Source of the DNA: an uncultured Eubacteriales bacterium
GTDB taxonomy: Bacteria > Bacillota > Clostridia > Christensenellales > Aristaeellaceae
Direction: 5' to 3'
DNA length: 53,461 nt
Assembly: GCA_902767305.1 (NCBI GenBank)
Contig: CACXHF010000315.1
Coordinates: 1-53,461, forward strand
Below, one piece after another: positions 38,795 through 48,705 of this stretch (its first letter is position 1; each line of letters begins with the position of its first letter). A program made the position numbers and the translations under genes. The notes below the pieces were generated by a model, which ran no database searches, was not told the origin of the DNA, and saw only the letters and a program-made list of their open reading frames with translations.

Positions 38795-38885
38795 CCGACC
38801 GGATTTATCCTGTATTCTTGACAGACAAAATCTCCATCAGTCTTTAATGATTAATCATTTATACTTCCGGAAGGAGATAAACAGA

Positions 38886-39674
38886 ATGATACAGATACGC
38901 GTATGGAATGGGCAGAATATGATACTTGGCGAAGCACAGCATGACGATACTGCCTTTCTCTGCATAGACCGGGTCTGGGAACCGAAAGACCGGATTGAAA
39001 TTGTCACATCTCCCCACAGTTCCCTGATGGTTCGCATGGATGTTTCCCTGCCCGAAGGCGAGGTCTATCTGCCTGATGGAAAAATGACCTGGACGGTTCC
39101 CACGGGGGAACACCGTCTTGCCTATGCTCCAGGCGCTTTCGAAGGCATCCGGCATATCGTTACTGCTCGAATAATGACACCGGGCGAAAGGAATACCTGT
39201 CGGGATCTTGCCCGAAATCCCGCTGATCTTCGAGGAAACACAGATTTTTATCCGCACTGCACCGCAAACGTGGAAACTCGAAATGAATCTGTCTTTGCCG
39301 CCCGCAACGTCGTCGATGGACTTCGCTTCAATTCATCTCATGGCGCCTGGCCATATGAGAGTTGGGGAATTGGTGCACGGACAGACGCCTGGTGCAAAAT
39401 TGACTTCGGACGTGAGGTGATCATCAGCCGGGCTGCTCTTACACTGCGGGCGGATTTCCCGCATGACGCCTACTGGATAAGCGGTCATCTGACAGATTCA
39501 AATGGAGATGACGTTCCCTTTGAACTGCAGAAGACCCCTGAACGTCAGTGGATTGAACTTGGAAACCGGCAGGTACGCTGGCTTCGTCTTGAACGGCTGA
39601 TAAAAAGTGAAGATCCATCCGCCTTTCCATCTCTTCGCGCGCTTGAAGTGATGGGGCACGATATGCCGGAGTAA
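38886..39674 (+). CDS. carbohydrate-binding (discoidin/F5-8 type C-like) domain protein, apparently cytoplasmic
   Basis: Start at MIQIRV, after GGAAGGAG. The C-terminal approximately 130 aa follow a discoidin-like pattern (NVVDG.....W.....W..IDFG....I....L......Y.I.....G.......RWLRLERL). No signal peptide. Confidence 0.55.
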   Translation: MIQIRVWNGQNMILGEAQHDDTAFLCIDRVWEPKDRIEIVTSPHSSLMVRMDVSLPEGEVYLPDGKMTWTVPTGEHRLAYAPGAFEGIRHIVTARIMTPGERNTCRDLARNPADLRGNTDFYPHCTANVETRNESVFAARNVVDGLRFNSSHGAWPYESWGIGARTDAWCKIDFGREVIISRAALTLRADFPHDAYWISGHLTDSNGDDVPFELQKTPERQWIELGNRQVRWLRLERLIKSEDPSAFPSLRALEVMGHDMPE

Positions 39675-39900
39675 TTTGCCTACAAGATAAGCTGATCCCG
39701 GCAGCACTTGTTCTGACAGTGAATATCATCAAGCCAGAATGCCGATTCAAATAAGGAGGCTCCTCATCCCGATTCAGTCCGGCATGTGCCATGGCCAGAT
39801 TATCTCATTGATGAGGAGCTTCATAAATCCGGAATTCTATTTGATGCTTGCCACACATTGTCCATGAACAAATTTCCACATTGTCATTCATCCTTATATA

Positions 39901-39935
39901 AAAAAGGCGGAACTGCACGCAGTTCCGCCTTTTTC
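39901..39935. terminator. bidirectional rho-independent terminator between convergent genes
   Basis: A5, then the stem ggcggaactg (39906-39915), loop cacg, stem cagttccgcc (39920-39929), then T5. Confidence 0.8.
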
Positions 39936-39942
39936 AGATTGC

Positions 39943-40536
39943 TTACAGTCCATTGACGAAGTGACGCATCACATAGCCAACTTGTTCCGTTTCCGGTACC
40001 TGCACTTTGACCCACACACGGTCAACTGCCAGAAGCAGCAGAACCTGGTTTTCATACAGGTACTTTGCTACCGGTTCACTTCTGGACGGGCCGGTCCGCA
40101 TGTTGACAAATCCACCCTTTCGGGCAGGTGAAATAGATACAATCACCGGTTCCGCCAGTTCACGCATCGCAGGATAGTAGGTATGAAGCGGTGTCGTAGC
40201 AAGCGGATAGTAGGTAGATACATAGCGGCTCTGTACAAAACCGGTCAGTCCGTCTACCTCAACCTTATAAAATTTCTTCCATACGCCAACAACCTTAAGC
40301 TCGGTCCCCGGATCCAGTTTTTTAAGAACCCGTGCGCCGAACTGCGGATGTTCCCGCAGATTCAGCCGTGCACCAGCTTTTTTGGTTTTGACATAGCCGG
40401 TAAAGCTCTCAATCTCCTGAACCTCATAATTCAGTTTGGATGTCTTTTTAGCCTCCGCCGCTACAGCTAACCCACTCAGACTGACCATCAGGAGCACCAT
40501 AAGGCAGATCAGTATACGCTTCATCCTGTTCATCAT
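39943..40536 (-). CDS. secreted protein with two SH3b-like domains
   Basis: Signal peptide MKRILICLMVLLMVSLSGLAVAA. SH3b-like segments GARLNLREHPQFGARVLKKLDPGTELKVVGVWKKFYKVEVDGLTGFV and GFVNMRTGPSRSEPVAKYLYENQVLLLLAVDRVWVKVQ. Confidence 0.75.
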   Translation of the reverse strand: MMNRMKRILICLMVLLMVSLSGLAVAAEAKKTSKLNYEVQEIESFTGYVKTKKAGARLNLREHPQFGARVLKKLDPGTELKVVGVWKKFYKVEVDGLTGFVQSRYVSTYYPLATTPLHTYYPAMRELAEPVIVSISPARKGGFVNMRTGPSRSEPVAKYLYENQVLLLLAVDRVWVKVQVPETEQVGYVMRHFVNGL

Positions 40537-40673
40537 CTCCCACTTTTTCTTATCTGTGTCTGCAGGAAATCCCCCCCTGCAAACCTGATATGTTCTTTGT
40601 CTCTATTATAGCATGGGAGCAATTCCCGCTTCAACTGATTTTTTTGCCAGATCGCACGAATAGAAACAGGAAA

Positions 40674-42377
40674 TCAGTAGACTGCATTGAGACCGACAAA
40701 CCTGAACGGCTTCTTTTCCTGTTCAAGCTCAGTCAGAACGATATCCAGTGCCTCTGCTGTATATACTGCAGTATCAGAGAAATGCATAACGATAACTGCT
40801 CCGCTCCGGATGTTCCTCTTGATCTGCCGCGCCAGCGTTTCTGCACTCTCCGCCTTATAGTCACTGGAAGTATAGAACCCGGAAATACTGTGTGTAAATC
40901 CACAGTCAAACACAGCGGTCAGACCTTTTTTGCCGACAGCAAGCGTTGGTGGCCGGAACAGAAGACTCAGAGAAGCCTTTCCGTTGGCATCACGCATATC
41001 ACCTATGACATCCTGCATCGCATTATAGCTGATAACCATGTCATCGCGCAGTTCTTCTGCCTCTTCATCACTCAGCTCCGCATAATTTGTCCCTGTGATT
41101 TCGTTTGAAAGTTTCAGATGTTGATGCGTATGGCAGCCAATGGTATGTCCTGCTTTGGCAATTGCCCGTAAAAGGTTCGGATTATACGGCATGTATTGCG
41201 TACGTACAAAAAATGTCGCTGTCGCATGGTGTTTCTCCAGTACCTGAAGAAGCTGGTCCACTGTTCCATCCGTTCCCCAGTCGTCAAAGGTCAGGAATAC
41301 CATGTTCTCCTCATTGGGAATTAACCCGCGTTTGTCCATTTTCTGGATTTCCGAAAGCTCAAATCCCGGGAGAAACCGGCGGCTGTTGACCCAGTCTATT
41401 CCCACATATCCCTTTGTAATACGCTCCATGATTTCCTGATCGGACAGACCATCAAGATATCCGGGATGAATCCGGTCAAGCACCTCGGACAGAATCCGGT
41501 TTCGGGGCACCGGATAGGTATACCTTTCCGCCACGTCAGCGGCAACCATTGCCGCAGACTGAACCGGATAGACACAGTTGGTTTTAATCAGTGCATTCAG
41601 CAGTTCAGGAAGCAGAAAATCATTATGCTGAATCAGGCCCATCTGAAAGTGAACAATCTCACCTCTCTGGAATTTTCCATCATTGACCGATACAACAAGA
41701 GGAAGAGCATCTTCGACGCTGGTCATGCGGGTAATATTCTGAGAAACAACCTCTTTCATCTGTGAAAGGACTTCAAGTCCACAGGAACCTGCAGCGTTCA
41801 AAAGGACCTGAGAAGCAGCGCCGTATGTTGAGCGTACAAAGATCTGTTCATTTTCTCCAAATTCACTGCGAAGCAGATCGCTGGCCGCCATCAGTTTTTC
41901 TTTGAGAGCACTCACACTGGTATGCGCATCCGGCTGAATGGAGAGTCCAAGATTATGTCCGGCTTTTTTAATTGCATGTACCAGATCACTGCTTTTTTCG
42001 AGTTCATCCAGAGTGACGAAAAAAGTCGCACTGCTGCCCGTATTTCTGAGAACATCCAGCACACCATTGACCTCCGTCACGTTAGTGAGGCCGGAAAACG
42101 TAAAGACAGTGGCACGCCGGGTCGTATAAAACCGTGGCTTCACCTCTGCCCGGATGTACCCGTCAGTCAGCTCTTCGTATTTTTTCACTTCCTGTGTCTG
42201 TACCGTCGGTTCTACTGCCTCGTACGGCCGATACAACTCCTCCGGCATGATCTTCGTTTCCTTCTTCTCCGGAAACTGTATCGGATTCCGGATAAAATAG
42301 AAACCGATTCCGATAAATGCCGTAGTCAGCACCAGCAAAAACACCATCAGAAGAATCTGACGACCTTTTCGATTCAT
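40674..42377 (-). CDS. membrane-anchored protein with two CE4 (NodB) polysaccharide deacetylase domains, the first degenerate and the second canonical
   Basis: N-terminal TM helix ILLMVFLLVLTTAFIGIGFYFI. Domain 1 has FTFSG in place of TFDDG. Domain 2 has LTFDDWG, GHTIGCHTHQH, LFRPP and VIVMHFSD. Confidence 0.85.
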   Translation of the reverse strand: MNRKGRQILLMVFLLVLTTAFIGIGFYFIRNPIQFPEKKETKIMPEELYRPYEAVEPTVQTQEVKKYEELTDGYIRAEVKPRFYTTRRATVFTFSGLTNVTEVNGVLDVLRNTGSSATFFVTLDELEKSSDLVHAIKKAGHNLGLSIQPDAHTSVSALKEKLMAASDLLRSEFGENEQIFVRSTYGAASQVLLNAAGSCGLEVLSQMKEVVSQNITRMTSVEDALPLVVSVNDGKFQRGEIVHFQMGLIQHNDFLLPELLNALIKTNCVYPVQSAAMVAADVAERYTYPVPRNRILSEVLDRIHPGYLDGLSDQEIMERITKGYVGIDWVNSRRFLPGFELSEIQKMDKRGLIPNEENMVFLTFDDWGTDGTVDQLLQVLEKHHATATFFVRTQYMPYNPNLLRAIAKAGHTIGCHTHQHLKLSNEITGTNYAELSDEEAEELRDDMVISYNAMQDVIGDMRDANGKASLSLLFRPPTLAVGKKGLTAVFDCGFTHSISGFYTSSDYKAESAETLARQIKRNIRSGAVIVMHFSDTAVYTAEALDIVLTELEQEKKPFRFVGLNAVY

Positions 42378-42380
42378 AGT

Positions 42381-43397
42381 TTACTCCCTGTCAAGATTAC
42401 CGTACACATTTAATTCAGATACAGGCTCCGTCTTTGCCTGAAGGAACTTTTCAAGTGATTCCGTTTCATTTCCGGAAAGCCGGAACAGATCGAAGTGATG
42501 ATACCCCATTTTTTCCAGATGCTGACGCCATGTCAGCAGGGTCGTTCCATCCGCATACCAGAGGGTCCCTCCGGTTTTACCGGGAATCTCCGCCTTCATC
42601 GCTCCACTGTCAGAATCACGTTCCGGTTTTACACCGTTTTCTGCAAGAAATTCGACAGCATCTTTTTCTCGAAGTGCCCGCACAACTTTCCCTGAGTTCC
42701 AGAGAAATCCACCGGTTGAAAATGCCATACGCACCTTTCCGGGAACACTCTGCCAGTTAGTTCCGACCTCGCTCAGAAAAGGAAGGTCCGCTTTAGGCCC
42801 TGGTCCGCTGTGATAGCCATACAGGTTATAACACATACAGATATACTCCGGTCCCTCCGGCAGTGAACAGTAGATCGGTGCAGTACATTCGAGAACCACC
42901 CGAAGCGCAATGCCGTCCCGGCTGAGAATCGCATGGAGTCGCGTGATAAAGGCAGCAAAGTCCGCCCAAAGCTCCTGATCCTTTTTTAAATTCTCGTAGT
43001 CGATCTCAAGCCCTGCCAGATGACAGGTATCCACCAGCTTGAGAATCTCGTCAATATGCATTCTCTGTGCATTCTCGCCCTTAAGGTGTTTTATCAGAAA
43101 ATCCTTCGATTTCTGGACGATTTTTCCGTCCTCTATCTCGACATCATTAACCAAAGATAAATAGACATTCGGACGCTCAAGTGTCTGAAGCATGTTTTCA
43201 GTCTCCTCAGGCAGAATCACCGTTCCGTTCTGAGAAAAATATGCCTCGAAACAGATCACCTCATCCAGACTGCTCTCAAATCTGGCAGCTTCCTCCAGTG
43301 CGCCATCCGCATCCCAGTAGGTCAGCCACGCACCGTTTTCCATCAGTCCGTCAACAGGAACAAGCAGTAGCAGCAGAAACGTCAGTAGTTTCCTCAT
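42381..43397 (-). CDS. secreted GH18-like glycoside hydrolase
   Basis: Short signal peptide. AGLEIDYENL aligns with the GH18 DGxDxDWE motif: the catalytic Glu and the neighbouring Asp are kept, while the first two Asp are replaced by Ala and Glu. Confidence 0.65.
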   Translation of the reverse strand: MRKLLTFLLLLLVPVDGLMENGAWLTYWDADGALEEAARFESSLDEVICFEAYFSQNGTVILPEETENMLQTLERPNVYLSLVNDVEIEDGKIVQKSKDFLIKHLKGENAQRMHIDEILKLVDTCHLAGLEIDYENLKKDQELWADFAAFITRLHAILSRDGIALRVVLECTAPIYCSLPEGPEYICMCYNLYGYHSGPGPKADLPFLSEVGTNWQSVPGKVRMAFSTGGFLWNSGKVVRALREKDAVEFLAENGVKPERDSDSGAMKAEIPGKTGGTLWYADGTTLLTWRQHLEKMGYHHFDLFRLSGNETESLEKFLQAKTEPVSELNVYGNLDRE

Positions 43398-43410
43398 TCG
43401 TCTCCTCCTG

Positions 43411-45318
43411 TTATTTAAACAGATTTCTGAAAATGCGAATTACACGGTCCACAAAACCGACATTGGTTATCGTTTCCTCCACCGATTCTGCATAGGAGTA
43501 TACCTCAGGTCCGATGGAACTCGAAATCCGCAGATCCCTGAAAACAGCATCATAGACATCATCGGAAAGGTTTGTCTGGCTGAAGCGTTCATTATCCATG
43601 GTCACCTGAGAACCCAGTACCAGCCGTGTTCCTCTGCCTTCTGATACCTTCAGGTGATCGATAATCAGTCGGTCATCCAGCCAAAGACTGATCCGTGACC
43701 CTGAGCACTGAATCCGCAGCTGCCGGTCGTCCTGTTCATCGATATCCAGTTCAGGAATAAACGGCTCTGCGCCTTCTTGAATTGACAGAACACGAAGGGT
43801 ATTCAGATAATCCAGATTTGTCTGTGCCTCTGCCCGGCGTGCCTCATCCTCATCGTAAGCAATGATCGCCTCACAGCAGGCGATTTTCCCTGCCAGTTCG
43901 TTTTCCGGGACAGATTCATACGGACCTCCGTCAAATTCCAGGAGATCCAGTTCAAAAATCGGAGCATCTCCCGACGGATCATAGATATAGAGACAGTTAT
44001 TATGCAGGCATACAGTTACCCCGCCTTCACCGTTTTCATCCGTCTTCATCGAGATGGACTGCTGACCTACCACATTTCCCTGCAGCCGGACGCTCAGTTC
44101 AAAATCAGGCGGCAGCTCCTTGCCAAGAACAATCGTTCCTTTTCCGTAAGGCATGGAAGTCAGAATAATCCGATGATCAGAATATTCTGCAACACCCTCA
44201 AGACGCTCCCAGGCTTTTGCCTGCTCTTCATCTCCAAGACGGAACATGACCTGATGTCCGGTATCGTCCCAGATTCTCATCATCAGATGATTTGCTGAGA
44301 AATACTGTCTGGATTGCAGGCGGGACAGATCATACACTGAGGAATCCATCATATTGAGGCAAGTCCCCTGCCGGTTGAAATTCATGCCGAAGACCTTCTG
44401 CATCATTTCTTCATTCTTGCGGCTTACCAGCGGGTCGTTCCCATATGCCCCGGTATTGGAATGCATCAGAATATAGAGTGAGGGAACAAAGCCGAAATCC
44501 TGATTGTACAGTTCAGCCATTTTTCCATAATCCCATTCGATGCGCTTTTCCATTTCCTCCACCGATTCCTGACGGAGACGATTTTCATCCCGAAGAAAAT
44601 CCATGAGATAATGGTTGTAATCACGCCTCAGATAATGATGCACTTTCAGAAACTCCGCCGTATTCATGTGCCCGAAATAGTTTTCATAGCGGTCAAATAT
44701 GTTAATGTAGCTGAGCCGGTATCCATTGGATCCCATCTCCCAGTAGGAGGAATCCATCAGTTCACGGGCAGACTTGCCCGTTACATACAGATTTTCAGTG
44801 TCGGACAGATTCTCTGCATAGGTACACATGGTGGCTTTGTAATTACACGCTTCAAGGGTTGGCTGAACCCATATGGCGCTGTCATTGATGCCGTCTTCAA
44901 AAATCAGCAGCATCGCTTTTTCCGGCAGATTGGCCCCATTCTTATACGCCCGCAGGATATCCTCCTGGGAGATCGTCTGATAACCGGATGCCTTCAGAGT
45001 CTGCATCTGTTCCTTGAACGCCTGAAGATTGACAATCTTGCCGCCTTCAATAGGCTTTACTACCACTCCATTATATGCAAGAGCTATGAAATGCGTTCCT
45101 GAGGCATGTCCCATGCTATCATATCCCTCTGTAATCAAATCGGAGGGAATCATGGTACTCTCATTTGCCGGCGGCAGGGCACTTGGATTGGATCGTGATT
45201 CTTTATAACTTTTCAGAGATAAAAACACCCATACAACAGCGAAAATCATGACCAGCAATTCAAAAACAGTCCGAATTACTTTCAGTCGGTTTTTTCGCCG
45301 CAGCCATCTGTCATCCAT
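43411..45318 (-). CDS. single-pass membrane protein: variant CE4/PgaB-like deacetylase domain plus a C-terminal beta-sandwich-like domain
   Basis: TM helix VFELLVMIFAVVWVFLSL. LAYNGV aligns with the usual MYH.V, and LLIFEDGINDS with TFDDG. The C-terminal approximately 250 aa were not assigned to a family. The start overlaps the synthase stop (ATGGATGA). Confidence 0.7.
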   Translation of the reverse strand: MDDRWLRRKNRLKVIRTVFELLVMIFAVVWVFLSLKSYKESRSNPSALPPANESTMIPSDLITEGYDSMGHASGTHFIALAYNGVVVKPIEGGKIVNLQAFKEQMQTLKASGYQTISQEDILRAYKNGANLPEKAMLLIFEDGINDSAIWVQPTLEACNYKATMCTYAENLSDTENLYVTGKSARELMDSSYWEMGSNGYRLSYINIFDRYENYFGHMNTAEFLKVHHYLRRDYNHYLMDFLRDENRLRQESVEEMEKRIEWDYGKMAELYNQDFGFVPSLYILMHSNTGAYGNDPLVSRKNEEMMQKVFGMNFNRQGTCLNMMDSSVYDLSRLQSRQYFSANHLMMRIWDDTGHQVMFRLGDEEQAKAWERLEGVAEYSDHRIILTSMPYGKGTIVLGKELPPDFELSVRLQGNVVGQQSISMKTDENGEGGVTVCLHNNCLYIYDPSGDAPIFELDLLEFDGGPYESVPENELAGKIACCEAIIAYDEDEARRAEAQTNLDYLNTLRVLSIQEGAEPFIPELDIDEQDDRQLRIQCSGSRISLWLDDRLIIDHLKVSEGRGTRLVLGSQVTMDNERFSQTNLSDDVYDAVFRDLRISSSIGPEVYSYAESVEETITNVGFVDRVIRIFRNLFK

Positions 45319-47131
45319 TTGCCATCACCCCTGCCTGCGTAGATCCGATCGAACCTTCCCCGGGATCATTCTTCACTGCACGCTTCTTTCCTTTTCCACG
45401 GGTGCCCCAGTCATTGACCCAGAACGTCACCCATGCCCAGGGCATCTGCCAGAGCAGGAAAAACTCATAATACAGACAGAACAGCAGACCATAAATCCAC
45501 AGCGTGCTCTTTTTGAGAATCAGCTGTGCAAAGCACATCATGAGTGACATCATGAGCAGACCAAGCAGGAATGTCGTCGGAAATATCTGATGCACAATCG
45601 GAATATAAACGACATTGTACAGAACAATCACCGGAGCAATCAGCGGAACCAGCAGACCAAGATAGAAGAAAAATGACATGAACGGCTGCTTGCGCCAGAT
45701 GAAGCGCCCCGCCCGCAGTGACTCTCTCAGCCAGGACCGCTTCCAGCGCATCTGCTGACGGAGGAACTGCCGATGACGGTTTGGAACGATGGTCGAACAG
45801 ACGGCCGTATCCTGATAATACGTCCGGTGATGCTCTACCACATAGTTGGTCAGACTCCGGTCATCACCGAATGTCGCTTTCTGCCCAAGGAATTTCTGAT
45901 TAATCCACTTGTCAAACACCTCACGGACAGCGGTGATCCGGTAACAGGAAAGCGGGCCGCTCAGACACATGACGGAATCGAAATAAGCCTCTGCTGCCTT
46001 CATGACACGGAAAGAGATATAATAGCGAACCGCCTGCATTTTAGTCAGGTGATTCGTGTAGATATTAGCCACATCTGTCCGTCCTGCCACACCGGCTGTC
46101 TGGGGATCACGCATGGGCTGCACCAGACAGCGAATGGCGTTAGGCTGCAGGAAACTGTCCGAATCCACAAAGACAATCAGGTCAGTCCGACAGTTCCGGA
46201 TACCGATACCCATGGCCTCACGTTTGCCCTGATTGTACTTCTGAAAAAACACCCGAACCCTGTTTTCAATATCGTACTGCGGACCTTCTTTTCGGAGATC
46301 CTCAACGGTTTTCTTGATTACCTCCGCCGAATTGTCAGAAGAACCGTCATCCACAATAATGAATTCCAGCTTATCCACCGGATAGTCCTGATCCACACAC
46401 TTGAGGATAGTTGTCCGGATCCATTCCTCCTCATTAAAACAGGGAATGACCACGGTTACGCTGGGTGTGAAGTTCGGATCCACGGGTATCGGGCGGTAGA
46501 ACACACCAAACAGATACCTCGTCAGCAGGAACAGTGCCGTCAGGATGCTGTACCCGTAAATCATCGGACTTTTGGCAAACTCCGCAATGCTCTCCACCCG
46601 CATGAACATGATTATTAATGTACACAGAAACAGGAACAGAACAGAAAGGGTAAAGAGCAGGCCGTCGGTTTTCCGACGCTCTTCATAGAGAGGATGGGAA
46701 AACTGGATAGCCAGTTTTTCCCTGTCGCCGATAACCCGCATGATTTTTGCTGATATCTTTTTGTATTTCTTTTCTGTTCCCTCCTGCAGATCCCCTTCCT
46801 GCAGGCGGAAAGTCAGTCGAAGATGCTGTTCTTTTTCAAAAGGAACATTACGTACCTCACGGGGAACTAAGAGCATCATCCCGGTCTGCGAAATATCGAT
46901 CGTGGTTCCGGTAAAGCTGTTCCCGTTATCAAGCAAAACCCGAGTATCGACATGTACATTGAAGCGCTGTCCTGCATAGGTGGCATACTGGGGTCTGGAT
47001 TCATCGTCCGACTTGTTGTCCCGCCGGTCATGATTGCTGCGACGGTTGGACGGATCCGGAACATTGGGCATCAGTCTGCGATCCCCCTGCGCCTCAAGTA
47101 TGCGATCCTCGATAACCTTCTTTTTTTTCAT
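45311..47131 (-). CDS. PilZ-like domain fused to a HasA/NodC/chitin-synthase-like processive family-2 glycosyltransferase (putative c-di-GMP-gated polysaccharide synthase)
   Basis: 606 aa. The N-terminal approximately 150 aa carry an Arg-rich NRRSNHDRRD stretch and DISQTG (the DxSxxG motif). Two TM helices follow, then the GT2 motifs VVIPCFNEE, VDDGSSD, VDSDS, GDDRSLTN and QQMRWKRSW, then about four C-terminal TM helices. Confidence 0.85.
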   Translation of the reverse strand: MKKKKVIEDRILEAQGDRRLMPNVPDPSNRRSNHDRRDNKSDDESRPQYATYAGQRFNVHVDTRVLLDNGNSFTGTTIDISQTGMMLLVPREVRNVPFEKEQHLRLTFRLQEGDLQEGTEKKYKKISAKIMRVIGDREKLAIQFSHPLYEERRKTDGLLFTLSVLFLFLCTLIIMFMRVESIAEFAKSPMIYGYSILTALFLLTRYLFGVFYRPIPVDPNFTPSVTVVIPCFNEEEWIRTTILKCVDQDYPVDKLEFIIVDDGSSDNSAEVIKKTVEDLRKEGPQYDIENRVRVFFQKYNQGKREAMGIGIRNCRTDLIVFVDSDSFLQPNAIRCLVQPMRDPQTAGVAGRTDVANIYTNHLTKMQAVRYYISFRVMKAAEAYFDSVMCLSGPLSCYRITAVREVFDKWINQKFLGQKATFGDDRSLTNYVVEHHRTYYQDTAVCSTIVPNRHRQFLRQQMRWKRSWLRESLRAGRFIWRKQPFMSFFFYLGLLVPLIAPVIVLYNVVYIPIVHQIFPTTFLLGLLMMSLMMCFAQLILKKSTLWIYGLLFCLYYEFFLLWQMPWAWVTFWVNDWGTRGKGKKRAVKNDPGEGSIGSTQAGVMANG

Positions 47132-47145
47132 AGATCTTCCTCTGT

Positions 47146-48705
47146 TTACTCTGGCATATGCATCTGAACAAAGGACAGGAATGTCTCACATCCGGCATCA
47201 TTCAGATGCTTTCCGTAAGTCACTGCATCCAGACAGTACGAAGCGTCCAGTGCACCCGTCTTGTCACGAAGGGGAAATGCGGCGTCCACAAATCCCAGAC
47301 CGTACATTCTCGCCATGGCACATAACATCAGATTCAGTCTGAATCGCTGTTCATTTCCGATACCTGTGTAGCCCTCAAGACGTGGTGGAATACTCATCAC
47401 GATAATTCGGACATCCGGATTCTGCTTGCGAATGCGGTAAATCAGCAGCCGGTAATTTGTCAGATAAGCCTCCCGTTTATATCCCTCAGAGCTTGCAAAT
47501 CCAAGACACAGCCAGACACTGCGGGGTCTCATCTGCTGCAGACGGTCTTCTATAGGTTCTACCCTTCTGAGAAGTGATTCAACCGTCATATTGTTTTCTG
47601 TCAGGAATACAGCATCCGAGAAATATGATGGGTTGACCTGCCGGCGCCACTGTACATAATCACCGACACCAGCCATTACTGAATCTCCAATAAAGACAGC
47701 ACCGTTGAATTCCTCCTGGGCTCCCGCCCGAGTACGGCCAGCTGTCAGCGGCTCTTCTGTTACCGGAAGCTCATCTTTTTTATACGTAAGAAGTGCTTTT
47801 TCATTCTCACTGAGTTCTCTCTTTTTTTCGAGCAACGTAACATGTGAACTCTCAAGGTCCCCAAGACTCACCAGCTTGAAGCCATCGTTCCTCAGCCAGT
47901 CCACCAGCCAGCCAATCATTGTCGGAAGTTCGACAAATTTTTCATCCGTAGATTCCCATTCCCTGCGAATACCGGGGCTTGGGTCAATCGCCGGCCGTTC
48001 GTCGAGCTTATTTCCCTCATCACCAAACTCGTCTTTATCCAGTTCCTGCCCCAGCTTAACTGAAATAATGCTGCCTAAAATTACAGATTCTGTATAAACA
48101 CCGGCGTCGCCTTCATTTTTAAAACTGCGGTGATTCAGGTATACACTGGGTTCTACCGCTTCTTTTATTCCGGCTGCCGTGACAGCACGAAGAACATCGT
48201 CCGTATATACTGTTCCGTTGCAGCGGATATAGGCAGGACGGGTGCCGACGGCATTTTCGATCAGGTTCTGCGTTTTGGTAAACTGCTCCGCATTCTGATA
48301 CGCAGGCAGCCGTTCCAGCTTTTTCGCCCCGCTCATTCCATAATTTCCGATATCAAATCCCATTTCGGCGACTTTCTTAAGAAGATCTCCATGCTCATCC
48401 GCCGTAACCCCCGACACAAAGAAGGTTGTGGGAACACCACGATCCCGCAAAATCTGAGCAATTGCCTCCACAGTGAGATCGTCTGTATATCCCTCAAAGA
48501 TCAGAGCAACGACTTTCTGATCTGTTTCCACTCTGCTCAGGAGTTTGGCAGGCGCAGCATCAATACGCGGCATCGGCGTCGGTGTTACCCGTTTCACCTC
48601 TGTTTCGGGAATATCCTCTGTCTTCCGTGAAAAGGCTGAACAGCCGGAAATCAGAAAGAGGAGACTGAACAGGGACAGAAGTGCCGCAAACAATCTGTTA
48701 CTCAC
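47146..48705 (-). CDS. lipoprotein: degenerate CE4-like domain plus an SGNH/GDSL-type hydrolase or acyl-esterase domain
   Basis: GTG start at 48705, 5 nt after GGAGG, overlapping the upstream stop (GTGAGTAA). Lipobox LLFLISGC. CE4-like VALIFEGYTDD...TTFFVSG...GFDIGNYGMSG lacks the His-His metal ligands. GDS block AVFIGDSVMAG. Confidence 0.7.
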   Translation of the reverse strand: MSNRLFAALLSLFSLLFLISGCSAFSRKTEDIPETEVKRVTPTPMPRIDAAPAKLLSRVETDQKVVALIFEGYTDDLTVEAIAQILRDRGVPTTFFVSGVTADEHGDLLKKVAEMGFDIGNYGMSGAKKLERLPAYQNAEQFTKTQNLIENAVGTRPAYIRCNGTVYTDDVLRAVTAAGIKEAVEPSVYLNHRSFKNEGDAGVYTESVILGSIISVKLGQELDKDEFGDEGNKLDERPAIDPSPGIRREWESTDEKFVELPTMIGWLVDWLRNDGFKLVSLGDLESSHVTLLEKKRELSENEKALLTYKKDELPVTEEPLTAGRTRAGAQEEFNGAVFIGDSVMAGVGDYVQWRRQVNPSYFSDAVFLTENNMTVESLLRRVEPIEDRLQQMRPRSVWLCLGFASSEGYKREAYLTNYRLLIYRIRKQNPDVRIIVMSIPPRLEGYTGIGNEQRFRLNLMLCAMARMYGLGFVDAAFPLRDKTGALDASYCLDAVTYGKHLNDAGCETFLSFVQMHMPE

